Program-made: the position numbers and the translations under genes
Notes under the pieces: generated by a model
The model's input: only the letters and a program-made list of their open reading frames with translations
Told to the model about the DNA's origin: nothing
The model's database searches: none
Source: Rickettsiales bacterium
GTDB taxonomy: Bacteria > Pseudomonadota > Alphaproteobacteria > Rickettsiales > UBA3002
DNA length: 49,768 bases
NCBI GenBank assembly: GCA_049314715.1
Contig: JBMOEL010000001.1
Location: 1 to 49,768, forward strand
Direction: 5' to 3'
Part shown: positions 20,971 to 29,134 of the stretch, piece after piece
Layout of the letters: each line of letters begins with the position of its first letter
Position numbering within the stretch: the first letter of the stretch is position 1

Positions 20971-21936
20971 ATGGAACCTCCTGTTCCAGTCTGGGGTCTC
21001 GTTGATGATAGGACGGGGCATACAGGTCAAGTCTTGGGCGTGATTGGCAAGCTAGGCTTGCCGTTTGTATTAAAGCGCCTTGCCTTTAATTGGAAAACAC
21101 GCCTGCCGCTTACCAGCCCATCACTCACTACACTCAATGATTCGCATAGCGCGCCCATTGCGCCCCCTTGGCCGAAGCTGGTGATTACTGCAGGGCGACG
21201 CACCATTCCGATTGCGCGCTACATCAAAAAGAAATCACCCAGCACCATTATTGTGTATTTAATGTGGTCACCTGCTGCGCGGGAATTTGATCTCGTTGCC
21301 GTACCTCAGCATGACGAGGTGAAGGCCGCAGATAATATCATCACCACCATTGCACCGCTTCACGCCGTCACGCCTGAGACGTTAGCGGCAGCGAAGGAAG
21401 CGTGGTTGCCGAAGTTTAATCAACTGCCGCGCCCGTGGGTGGCGGTGACGATTGGTGGGAATACCAAGCAAGGAAAATACCACGCGGCGGATTGGCGCGA
21501 ACTCATTACCCGCGCGCGGGATTTAGCACCAACGGGCACCTTGATGGTAACAACCAGCAGGCGCACCCCCAAAGAAGCACTGGATGTGATTGCGCCGCTA
21601 CTAGCGGGTGGTTCGCATATTCTGCATCGCTGGGATGCGGATAAGGATAACCCCTATTTAGGATTACTCGGCTGCGCCGATGCGGTGATTGCGACGGGCG
21701 ATTCGCTCTCCATGTGCACCGAGGCTTGTGTTTCGGGCAAGCCTGTCTATATTTTCGCGCCTGAGCAGGTCATTCCTAAAAAACATGCCCGCCTCCACCA
21801 ATCACTTTATGCGCAGTCATTGGCAAAACCATTGGATGCGAACAGTACTATTGACTGGAAACCCGCAAGACTCATGGATGATGCGGGTTTGGTGGCCGCC
21901 GCCATGAAAGCGCGTTTTCCGCAGATCAGGGGTTAG
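20971..21936 (+). CDS. ELM1/DUF1022 family protein (GT-B-like fold)
   Basis: VWGLVDDRTGHTGQVLGVIGKLG...VAVTIGG...TTSRRTP...ATGDSLSMCTEA matches my memory of the alphaproteobacterial 'mitochondrial fission ELM1' family. The ATG directly follows the greA TAG. Confidence 0.7.
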   Translation: MEPPVPVWGLVDDRTGHTGQVLGVIGKLGLPFVLKRLAFNWKTRLPLTSPSLTTLNDSHSAPIAPPWPKLVITAGRRTIPIARYIKKKSPSTIIVYLMWSPAAREFDLVAVPQHDEVKAADNIITTIAPLHAVTPETLAAAKEAWLPKFNQLPRPWVAVTIGGNTKQGKYHAADWRELITRARDLAPTGTLMVTTSRRTPKEALDVIAPLLAGGSHILHRWDADKDNPYLGLLGCADAVIATGDSLSMCTEACVSGKPVYIFAPEQVIPKKHARLHQSLYAQSLAKPLDANSTIDWKPARLMDDAGLVAAAMKARFPQIRG

Positions 21937-21986
21937 GCCGTTTCCATTTTGCCAAAATTTGTTTCCTAAAATCGCTACATTGAGGG

Positions 21987-22014
21987 TTGCACGGGGGTTT
22001 TGTATCCATATATT
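21987..22014 (+). promoter_or_regulatory. Candidate sigma-70 promoter of the peroxiredoxin gene
   Basis: TTGCAC (21987-21992), 16 nt, TATATT (22009-22014), about 30 nt upstream of the ATG at 22045. Confidence 0.4.
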
Positions 22015-22044
22015 AGCGCTGTAACCAAATTTAAGGAGACTCTC

Positions 22045-22647
22045 ATGAGCGTACTCGTCGGTAAAGAAGCACCGGATTTTACTGCAAGCGCAGTAATGCC
22101 TGATAATAGCATCAAATCGGATTTCAACTTGAAGGCTCACATTAAGGGCAAATATGGCGTGCTGTTTTTCTGGCCGCTCGATTTCACCTTCGTCTGCCCA
22201 TCGGAAATCATTGCGTTTGATAACCGCATTGAAGAATTCAAAAAGCGCGGTGTTGAGTTGATTGGTGTATCGGTGGATTCACAATATACCCACTATGCGT
22301 GGAAAAATACGCCCGTTGATAAAGGCGGCATTGGCAATATCCGTTTCCCAATGATTGCAGACATCACCAAGTCAATTGCGCGTGACTATGACGTGCTTCT
22401 GAATAACGCAGTTGCGTTCCGTGGCACCTTCCTGATCGATAAAAAAGGCGTTGTGCGCCACCAACTCATCAACGATCTGCCGCTTGGCCGTAACGTCGAT
22501 GAAACGCTGCGTACGATTGATGCACTCGCCTTCCACGAAGAGCATGGCGAAGTCTGCCCTGCGAACTGGAAAAAGGGTGACGCGGGCATGAAGGCCGACG
22601 CTGCGGGCGTTGCTTCCTATCTCAAAGAACACGCAAAGGCGTTATAG
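22045..22647 (+). CDS. Typical 2-Cys peroxiredoxin (AhpC/Tsa family)
   Basis: An AAGGAG RBS precedes the start. The peroxidatic site is [14 protein letters not shown] and the resolving Cys lies in GEVCPANW. Confidence 0.93.
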   Translation: MSVLVGKEAPDFTASAVMPDNSIKSDFNLKAHIKGKYGVLFFWPLDFTFVCPSEIIAFDNRIEEFKKRGVELIGVSVDSQYTHYAWKNTPVDKGGIGNIRFPMIADITKSIARDYDVLLNNAVAFRGTFLIDKKGVVRHQLINDLPLGRNVDETLRTIDALAFHEEHGEVCPANWKKGDAGMKADAAGVASYLKEHAKAL

Positions 22648-22655
22648 TAGCAATC

Positions 22656-22714
22656 AGTCATGAGTCGTGAGTCGTTAGCATTTTTTGCTACCTCACGACT
22701 TATGACTCACGACT
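22656..22714. repeat. Long imperfect palindrome built from GAGTCGT/ACGACTC units (about 20 bp stem, U-rich loop)
   Basis: Hand-paired 22656-22680 against 22687-22707 gives 8+8+4 bp with one G.U pair and one small internal loop. The loop is aTTTTTT. A related element lies at 39536-39607. Confidence 0.6.
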
Positions 22715-22725
22715 AAGGACTTTCT

Positions 22726-23685
22726 ATGGCTGAACATCACACACCTGTCCTGATTATTGGCTCTGGTGCAGCGGGTTGCACGGCGGCGATTTACGCGTCG
22801 CGCGCAGCGCTTACGCCCATCATGGTGCATGGCATGCAGCCCGGTGGGCAATTGACGATTACCACGGAAGTGGAGAATTACCCCGGCTTTGCTGAGGCGG
22901 TTCAAGGTCCATGGCTGATGGAACAGATGGAGGCGCAGGCCAAACATGTTGGCACGCGCATTTTCCATGATTACATCAAGGAGGTGGATTTATCCAAGCG
23001 CCCCTTCCGCGCGGTCGGTGATTCGGGTGATGTGTATTACGGTGAAACACTCGTTATTTGCACGGGTGCATCCGCACGGTGGTTGGGCCTAGAATCGGAA
23101 AAGAAATTCCAGAACTTTGGTGTTTCTGCCTGTGCGACCTGTGATGGGTTTTTCTTCAAAGGCAAAGACGTCGCGGTGATTGGTGGCGGCAATAGCGCGG
23201 TGGAAGAGGCGCTTTTTCTTGCGAAAATCTGTAAGTCAGTAACGCTGGTGCATCGTCGTGATAGCCTGCGCGCTGAAAAAATCGGCCAAGACAGATTATT
23301 CAAAACTCCCAACATTAAAGTGATTTGGGATAGTGCGGTGGAAGAATTCTGCGGCACCGAGAATCCAAATAATTTGACCCATCTTAAACTCAAGAACCTT
23401 AAAACCGGCGCGATTTCCGAATTACCTGTGCAAGGTACATTCGTGGCGATTGGCCATGAGCCTAATACATGGCTATTCAAGGATCAGTTGGAAATGGATG
23501 GCGATCGCTATCTCGTTACCAAAGCGGGGACGACCCAAACCAATATTGCAGGTGTATTTGCGGCGGGCGATGTGCAGGATAAAATCTATCGCCAAGCGGT
23601 GACTGCTGCAGGTACGGGCTGCATGGCGGCGCTTGAGGCGCAGAAATTCCTTGAGCATCAGCATGCTATTTCGCAGGCTGCTTAA
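22726..23685 (+). CDS. trxB: Thioredoxin-disulfide reductase
   Basis: Motifs seen: GSGAAG FAD site, CATCDG redox-active disulfide, GGGNSAVEEA NADPH site. Confidence 0.95.
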   Translation: MAEHHTPVLIIGSGAAGCTAAIYASRAALTPIMVHGMQPGGQLTITTEVENYPGFAEAVQGPWLMEQMEAQAKHVGTRIFHDYIKEVDLSKRPFRAVGDSGDVYYGETLVICTGASARWLGLESEKKFQNFGVSACATCDGFFFKGKDVAVIGGGNSAVEEALFLAKICKSVTLVHRRDSLRAEKIGQDRLFKTPNIKVIWDSAVEEFCGTENPNNLTHLKLKNLKTGAISELPVQGTFVAIGHEPNTWLFKDQLEMDGDRYLVTKAGTTQTNIAGVFAAGDVQDKIYRQAVTAAGTGCMAALEAQKFLEHQHAISQAA

Positions 23686-24416
23686 GATATTTTTCTACCG
23701 CCCGATAGTAGTGCTTCTCTTGAGTCAACTTCCACCAGTCTGGTGTTTGGTATTTCGTCACAGGTGGGATAAAAAGGCTCGGACTGACTTCGATCTTCGC
23801 TCCACCCGTCCACTAATTCTTCCCAACGTTCCAGATTGTGATGATAGAGGCGCACGTCATTCCCATCGCGTAGCGTTTCGTGCAACGTCACGTAATCGGG
23901 AGCATTGCCGCGTGCCTCAAAACAGACCGACTTATCGGGGAATAGTCGGAAATATTCCCAATTACGTATAAAAGATAATTGTGCTGGAATAACATCAATC
24001 ATGTGCTTTTTGCCCTTGGCTATTCTGCGCTCTAAATAGGCTTCGGCGTCACGTATGACACCATAAGCTTCTACCGCATATCCCCTCTCCTTGGCGCGCG
24101 CGACAAAATCGACCAGCTGTTCTCTGTTTTCGCAATGGGTTTCCATGATAATGGTTTTGCCAGAGTCCAGCGCTTCACTGAACGCATTGTCACGCGCCTC
24201 TAAAAAGCCTTGAAGATTACCACTCGATTTCTCTGAGTGCGATACAGGCAGATGGAGTGCGGCTATGTCCTTAAAATCATTAAAACTGATGATATGACTA
24301 TCATCTGGTGCGCCAGAAAGATTTCTTGCATGCTTAAGCAGGCGCGATTTACCTGATCCCGTCGCGCCAGCTACGAAAATTAATTTGGGGGTTTGTTCGG
24401 GTGCTTCATTGGCCAT
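23682..24416 (-). CDS. P-loop kinase-like protein, zeta-toxin/AAA_33-like fold, with unrecognised C-terminal extension
   Basis: Walker A is FVAGATGSGKSRL. Downstream, TIIMETHCENREQLVDFVARAKERGYAVEAYGV follows the zeta-toxin-like pattern. The 3' end overlaps the trxB stop by 4 nt (convergent). Function is uncertain. Confidence 0.55.
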   Translation of the reverse strand: MANEAPEQTPKLIFVAGATGSGKSRLLKHARNLSGAPDDSHIISFNDFKDIAALHLPVSHSEKSSGNLQGFLEARDNAFSEALDSGKTIIMETHCENREQLVDFVARAKERGYAVEAYGVIRDAEAYLERRIAKGKKHMIDVIPAQLSFIRNWEYFRLFPDKSVCFEARGNAPDYVTLHETLRDGNDVRLYHHNLERWEELVDGWSEDRSQSEPFYPTCDEIPNTRLVEVDSREALLSGGRKIS

Positions 24417-24484
24417 CAAGCCCAGCCTAGCCGCTATATATTAAGGATTTATGACATATCCGCAGATCGGGTGGCGTTCGCCAC

Positions 24485-24526
24485 TTGATTACGCAACCAC
24501 TTCTGTCTATATTGCGCCGCAGCAAT
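24485..24526 (+). promoter_or_regulatory. Candidate lysR promoter plus overlapping dyad (T-N11-A type box)
   Basis: TTGATT (24485-24490), 17 nt, TATATT (24508-24513). The dyad ATTGCgccgcaGCAAT (24511-24526) overlaps the -10/+1 region. A second palindrome, GTGGCGttCGCCAC (24471-24484), abuts the -35. Confidence 0.45.
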
Positions 24527-24537
24527 GAGGAGCACTC

Positions 24538-25428
24538 ATGGATTGGGATAAGCTGCGGATATTTTATACCGTCGCCTTAAGCAAAAGCCTGACCAAAGCA
24601 GGCGAGTCGCTCAATCTATCGCAATCGGCGGTCAGTCGCCAAATTTCAGCGCTTGAAGAAAAACTTGGCATCGCCCTGTTTCATCGTCATGCGCGAGGCC
24701 TGATGCTGACCGAACAGGGTGAGATTTTATTCCGTACCGTGTCAGACATGGTCACGAAATTGCAAACCACCGAGAATGCGCTATCGGAATCTTCGACCAA
24801 GCCTAAGGGCCCTTATAAACTCACTGCTCCAGCAACCTTCACCAATATTTGGCTCTCCAAACAGATGAAGGAATTCACCGATCTCTATCCGGATATTGAT
24901 GTAACGCTGCTGAGCGAAGACCGCGAGCTGGATTTGACGATTCGCGAGGCAGACGCCGCCATTCGCTTTTACCCCGCCAAGCACCCTGATTTGGTGCAAG
25001 TGCCGCTCATGACGCTGCATAACTCGCTCTACGCATCGAGCGATTATTTACAAATGTACGGCACACCTAAGTCGATTGCCGACCTTAAGCACCATAAACT
25101 GCTTGGATTTGACGCGTCCTTTGCTAGCCCCTTCCAAGAAGTGAACTGGCTCTATGAATTACCTGAGGCCAAAGATTTGGGCCTTAAGCCATTTTTCAAA
25201 GTGAATTCGCTCTTCTCGCTGCGTGTGGCGATTAAGCAGGGCATGGGGATTGCGCCGCTGCCTGATTATATTATGTATAAAACGCGCCATATCGCCCGCG
25301 TATTGCCCGAGATTCAGGGCCCAACAACCGAGACATATTACGTCTATCCCGTAGAGCTTAAAAACTCGAAACGTATTGCGGTGTTTCGTAATTTCATTAC
25401 GCAAAAGATCGCCGAATCTGGCTTTTAG
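24538..25428 (+). CDS. LysR family transcriptional regulator
   Basis: A GAGGAG RBS precedes the start. It has an N-terminal wHTH (LRIFYTVALSKSLTKAGESLNLSQSAVSRQISALEEKLG) and a LysR substrate-binding domain. Confidence 0.92.
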   Translation: MDWDKLRIFYTVALSKSLTKAGESLNLSQSAVSRQISALEEKLGIALFHRHARGLMLTEQGEILFRTVSDMVTKLQTTENALSESSTKPKGPYKLTAPATFTNIWLSKQMKEFTDLYPDIDVTLLSEDRELDLTIREADAAIRFYPAKHPDLVQVPLMTLHNSLYASSDYLQMYGTPKSIADLKHHKLLGFDASFASPFQEVNWLYELPEAKDLGLKPFFKVNSLFSLRVAIKQGMGIAPLPDYIMYKTRHIARVLPEIQGPTTETYYVYPVELKNSKRIAVFRNFITQKIAESGF

Positions 25429-25461
25429 CCTTTTAGTGCGCTCATGCGGCGCGGGGCCTCA

Positions 25462-25497
25462 CGCCCTCAACGGGCGTCGAAGCGTCGGTTTTAAGTG
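25462..25497 (+). repeat. 36-nt structured intergenic repeat, copy A (hairpin CGCCC-tcaac-GGGCG plus TCGAAGCGTCGGTTT)
   Basis: 31/36 identity (hand count) to 42899-42934. One of the five differences pairs is a compensatory change in the stem (C-G versus T-A). Confidence 0.6.
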
Positions 25498-25610
25498 CAC
25501 TAAGCCTATGGTTTAGTTGATTTTTCACCCGTTTTATAGCCTGTGTCAGTCACGTAAAGATTTCTGCATAATTTCATTGACTGGCATAAGAAATGCACTA
25601 GGTTCCCCGT

Positions 25611-25736
25611 CCATTTGGCTTTACGGCCAAATGAACCGGTGCTTCGGCACCGCTGGGCACTTGCCCGGTCGCTCGATTTGATCGGGCGGGTAGCCTCCCT
25701 GTTATGCTCGCCGGGTGACAACGCCCGGCTTTTTTT
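25611..25736 (+). ncRNA. Candidate small RNA (about 125 nt) of unknown class
   Basis: A possible promoter is TTGACT (25577-25582), 16 nt, TAGGTT (25599-25604). Three hairpins follow: 25612-25633 (8 bp), 25637-25652 (6 bp, UUCG loop) and 25662-25688 (9 bp). An intrinsic terminator lies at 25710-25736. No plausible ORF is present and the next gene is convergent. Confidence 0.35.
25710..25736 (+). terminator. Rho-independent terminator
   Basis: GCCGGGTG-acaa-CGCCCGGC forms an 8 bp stem with one G.U pair, followed by T7. The T-tract overlaps the stop codon of the convergent gene 25735-26604. Confidence 0.75.
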
Positions 25737-26604
25737 ATGGGCGGCGTTCTATCTGTAGGAATCGGACTTCATTGCTGTCGAGTGCGCGTCGTAATGTTGT
25801 AAGCGCTGCATCCGCTTTAGTAGATTGCTTGTGGTATTGCGGCGGTAAGGTGAGGAGGCGTTGTTCGCCTACGCGCATACCACGCGCTAGCACATCAACA
25901 CCCCATGCGAGTTCACGCTGACCTAAGATGATGCTTACGTCGTCTTTTGTTTGGGCAATACGTTCACCCTTGGTATTGAAGAGCGTGATGTGCGCGTTGA
26001 GTGCGGCACCACAGCGCGCTGGCTCTTTTTCTTCATTTCCTGCTATGAGCGTTACCGCGGTTGCAGGCAATGCGTCGAATGTTACGGCGCGATGCTCTTT
26101 TAACGTAAGGTGAAATTTAATTTCGCTAAAATTACGTTTCTCCGCCTCTGTGTAAACCTGATTGGCTGGGGCATTGAGCACACGCTGGCCGCCTAATTTC
26201 ATGCCGATAACGCCTTCATTGAGCGCTGCTATCGGCGCATTACCAACCATGAAATGAAGGGGCTTTGACTCATCATGCTCGGAGTCGAAATTGGCACCAT
26301 CTTCGCGCGTGCCGCGAACCTGCACGCTCACCTCGTCGCCACATTGCACGCTTGCGCCTTCGCCAAGGCTTACTTCTTTAATATCCGCATCGCCGATGTA
26401 ATTTGGATTAATCGCGCGATACCAGCGATCACCATCCACCAGCTTGCGTAACGATTCATAGTCTTTAGGTTGTGCTGCTTGCGTGGTTGCGGGCGCTTCT
26501 TTGGGTGCGCTTTCGGGCGGCTTTTGTGACTGATTGCCTACATAAATAATATAGGCAAGTAGACACACAAAAATCCAACTAATCCATTTTGGGAAAGGCA
26601 TCAT
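25735..26604 (-). CDS. Membrane-anchored protein with two FKBP-like (PPIase-fold) domains
   Basis: It has an N-terminal TM anchor (WISWIFVCLLAYIIYV). Two repeats follow the FKBP pattern: GD.V.V...G...DG..FDS...KP..F.VG...L.EGV.GMK.GG.R.L..P....Y, and CG......I.L....G........LG....WG.D.L.GM.VGE.R.L.LPP.Y. Confidence 0.6.
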   Translation of the reverse strand: MMPFPKWISWIFVCLLAYIIYVGNQSQKPPESAPKEAPATTQAAQPKDYESLRKLVDGDRWYRAINPNYIGDADIKEVSLGEGASVQCGDEVSVQVRGTREDGANFDSEHDESKPLHFMVGNAPIAALNEGVIGMKLGGQRVLNAPANQVYTEAEKRNFSEIKFHLTLKEHRAVTFDALPATAVTLIAGNEEKEPARCGAALNAHITLFNTKGERIAQTKDDVSIILGQRELAWGVDVLARGMRVGEQRLLTLPPQYHKQSTKADAALTTLRRALDSNEVRFLQIERRP

Positions 26605-26635
26605 GGCATCGCTCCGTTACGTCGATGCCCGCATC

Positions 26636-27736
26636 TTACACATTAAATCGGAAATGGAAAACATCTCCGTCTTGCACGGTGTATTCTTTGCCCTCTAAGC
26701 GGAGTTTGCCTTTTTCCTTAGCGCCCGCTTCGCCATTACCTTCGACATAATCTTTGTAAGCAATCGTTTCCGCACGGATAAAGCCTTTTTCAAAATCCGT
26801 ATGAATCACCCCTGCCGCTTCGGGGGCGAGTGCACCTTTGCGCACGTCCCATGCGCGGGCTTCTTTGGGGCCTACGGTGAAGAAAGTAATAAGGTCGAGC
26901 AGCTTATAGCCTTCACGAATAATCGCATTAAGGCCGGTTTCTTTTAGACCCATATCTTTCAAGAATTCGGTTTTCTCTTCGTGTGAAAGGCCTGCCATTT
27001 CTGCTTCGATTTGTGCAGAAATAATCACTGATGCAGCATTTTTCTCTTTCGCCATGGCTGCTGCTTTCGCCGAAAGCGCATTGCCATTCGCGGCCGACGC
27101 TTCCTCGACGTTGAGCACATACATGGCGGGTTTGCTGGTAAGAAGTTGCAGCAATTTCACGCGTTTTGCTTCGTCGCGGTCTTTAGGTGGGTAAAGTCGC
27201 GCGGGCTTACCGTCGCGCAAAAGGGCGAGAATAGGCTCTGCCAATGCAATCATCGCGGCGGCGTCTTTATCGCCGCCTTTGGCTTTTTTAGCGCCATTAT
27301 CCACGCGCTTTTCAAGCGATTCCATGTCGGCCAGAATCAATTCCAGCTCAATAATCTCGGCGTCACGCAAGGGGTCAATCGAGCCTTCCACGTGCGTGAT
27401 GTCACCGTCTTCAAAGCAGCGCAGTACGTAGATAATCGCATCCGTCTCACGGATATGGCTCAGGAATTGATTGCCCAACCCCTCGCCTTTGCTAGCGCCG
27501 CGCACGAGTCCTGCAATATCGACAAACTCAAGTTGTGTGCCAATAATCGTGGCAGAGCCAGCGATTTTCGCAAGAATTTCAAGACGCGGGTCGGGAACAG
27601 CTACACGACCTACGTTTGGCTCAATCGTGCAAAACGGATAATTCGCTGCCTCTGCCGCTTGCTGTGAAAGCAATGCATTGAACAGCGTTGATTTGCCAAC
27701 GTTGGGGAGACCGACGATACCACATTTAAAACCCAT
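26636..27736 (-). CDS. ychF: Ribosome-binding ATPase YchF
   Basis: The N-terminus is MGFKCGIVGLPNVGKSTLFNAL. It has a TGS-like C-terminus (GFIRAETI...GKEYTVQDGDVFHFRFNV). Confidence 0.97.
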   Translation of the reverse strand: MGFKCGIVGLPNVGKSTLFNALLSQQAAEAANYPFCTIEPNVGRVAVPDPRLEILAKIAGSATIIGTQLEFVDIAGLVRGASKGEGLGNQFLSHIRETDAIIYVLRCFEDGDITHVEGSIDPLRDAEIIELELILADMESLEKRVDNGAKKAKGGDKDAAAMIALAEPILALLRDGKPARLYPPKDRDEAKRVKLLQLLTSKPAMYVLNVEEASAANGNALSAKAAAMAKEKNAASVIISAQIEAEMAGLSHEEKTEFLKDMGLKETGLNAIIREGYKLLDLITFFTVGPKEARAWDVRKGALAPEAAGVIHTDFEKGFIRAETIAYKDYVEGNGEAGAKEKGKLRLEGKEYTVQDGDVFHFRFNV

Positions 27737-27750
27737 GGCGTGTCTTTAGA

Positions 27751-28308
27751 TTATTCTGCCAAGAGTGCAAGCTTGCTCATCAGCGCAGCGGGGGAATGTT
27801 CCCAAAAAAGCTGAATGTTATCGGCCAGCGCGTCAATCACTGGATTGATAATCGGTTTTTCCTCTTTGCCAAAATTGCTCAGCACATAGTCGTGTACTTT
27901 GTCTTTATCACCTGGGTGAGCGATGCCAATGCGGATGCGCCAATAATCCTTGCCGATTTTCTCGTCAATATCGCGCAGCCCGTTATGTCCACCGTGCCCG
28001 CCGCCTTGCTTGATGCGGACCTTGCCTAGGCCTAAATCCAAATCATCATGTAGCACCAGTATCTGCTCAGGCGCGAGTTTGTGAAACGCCATCGCCGCTT
28101 GCACAGATTGACCGGAAAGATTCATGTAGATTTGGGGTTTGAGTAGAATCAACTTCTCAGCGCCGCGCGTGATGCTGGCTACTTCGCCGTGAAATTTCTT
28201 TGAAAAGCTCGCAGTGTCCGCCAAAGCGTCGACCACCATAAAACCGATATTATGCCGATTGCGCGCGTAGGAAGCGCCCGGATTACCGAGCCCTACGATG
28301 AGCAGCAT
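27751..28308 (-). CDS. pth: Peptidyl-tRNA hydrolase
   Basis: Motifs seen: MLLIVGLGNPG..Y...RHNIGF and GGHGGHNGLRDI. Confidence 0.95.
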   Translation of the reverse strand: MLLIVGLGNPGASYARNRHNIGFMVVDALADTASFSKKFHGEVASITRGAEKLILLKPQIYMNLSGQSVQAAMAFHKLAPEQILVLHDDLDLGLGKVRIKQGGGHGGHNGLRDIDEKIGKDYWRIRIGIAHPGDKDKVHDYVLSNFGKEEKPIINPVIDALADNIQLFWEHSPAALMSKLALLAE

Positions 28309-28311
28309 TGC

Positions 28312-28992
28312 TTACTTCTTCTTGGCTGGTGCAGCAGCAGGCGCGGCAGCGGCAGCAGCTTGTGCTGCAGCAGCGGCAGTTGCTGGAACTTCTGCTGAGG
28401 TCGGAGCTGTAGTTGCCACTTCTTCTTCCGCCATACGGCCTGCGATGGAGGCGATGGTGAAGTCACGCTTAATTGCGGGCTTCACGCCTTCTGGCAGAGC
28501 GATATTGCTGATATGTACCGAATCACCAATGTTGAGTTCAGCAACATTCACTTCCAAATATTTTGGAATTGCTTTGACGTTGCAGAGCAGTTCAACGTCG
28601 TGACATACAATGTTGAGTACGCCGCCACGCTTGATGCCCACTGATTTCTCAGCGTTCAGGAAGTGAATTGGCACCCATACTTTTACTTGTGACTTCTCAT
28701 CAACATGCATGAAGTCTGCATGTTCGATTTTGTCAGAGACAGGGTTGAGCGCGATATCGCGTGGAATCGCGTGGAAGGTTTTACCATCCGCTTTCAGCGC
28801 GACGAGTTTATTCATGAACCCGCCACGGAAATATTCTTGGCTGATTTTGTTTGCATCCACTGTCAGGCTTACGCTGGCTTGTTTGTTGCCATAAACCACG
28901 ACAGGTACGCGACCTTCGCGACGGCTCTGACGCGCAGTGCCTTTGCCTGCGACTGGGCGAATGGTTGCTTCGAATTCTACTTGCGCTTTCAT
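28312..28992 (-). CDS. rplY: 50S ribosomal protein L25 / general stress protein Ctc
   Basis: The sequence RREGRVPVVVYGNK...F..LKADGKTFHAIPRDI..NPV matches L25/Ctc. It has an Ala-rich C-terminal tail and sits in the conserved ychF-pth-rplY context. Confidence 0.93.
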   Translation of the reverse strand: MKAQVEFEATIRPVAGKGTARQSRREGRVPVVVYGNKQASVSLTVDANKISQEYFRGGFMNKLVALKADGKTFHAIPRDIALNPVSDKIEHADFMHVDEKSQVKVWVPIHFLNAEKSVGIKRGGVLNIVCHDVELLCNVKAIPKYLEVNVAELNIGDSVHISNIALPEGVKPAIKRDFTIASIAGRMAEEEVATTAPTSAEVPATAAAAAQAAAAAAPAAAPAKKK

Positions 28993-29134
28993 GGTTTTCT
29001 CCAGCGTTTCTCTTGAGTGTTGGGCGCTTGCTTGCGTTAGGGGCGGGGATATAGCAGGGTTTATTTGCTAAAGCAAGGGGTTAGGGCTCAGCATTCAGCA
29101 TTCAATGATAATCTATAATAATCAATAGCTTGTA

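Noticed and set aside
25611-25736. Identity of the sRNA candidate as SRP (4.5S), 6S, tmRNA or RNase P RNA
   Set aside because: It lacks the SRP domain IV GGAAGCAGCC-type motif, a tRNA-like 3' end ending in CCA, and the RNase P GAGGAAAGUCC box. It is also too short and multi-hairpinned for a 6S-type single long helix. I have left it unclassified.
25506-25921. ORFs 25506-25721 (-) and 25715-25921 (+) in and next to the sRNA-candidate region
   Set aside because: They have Arg/Ser/Cys-rich low-plausibility translations and no RBS. The second is antisense to the FKBP-like gene. Hairpins plus a terminator explain the region better.
28315-28400. GCN-rich triplet repetition (gcagcagcaggcgcggcagcggcagcagc...), considered as a tandem or CRISPR-like repeat
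   Set aside because: It is in frame within rplY and encodes the Ala-rich C-terminal tail (AAAAAQAAAAAAPAAAPAKKK) common in Ctc/L25 proteins. This is coding low complexity, not a repeat array.
29040-29134. tRNA-like start (GCGGGGATATAGC...) and GAATGCT GAATGCT direct repeat in the prs-rplY spacer
   Set aside because: It has no T-loop (GGTTCGAATCC-type) and no cloverleaf pairing. The region more likely holds the rplY-pth-ychF promoter (TTGCTT-17-TATATC on the - strand).
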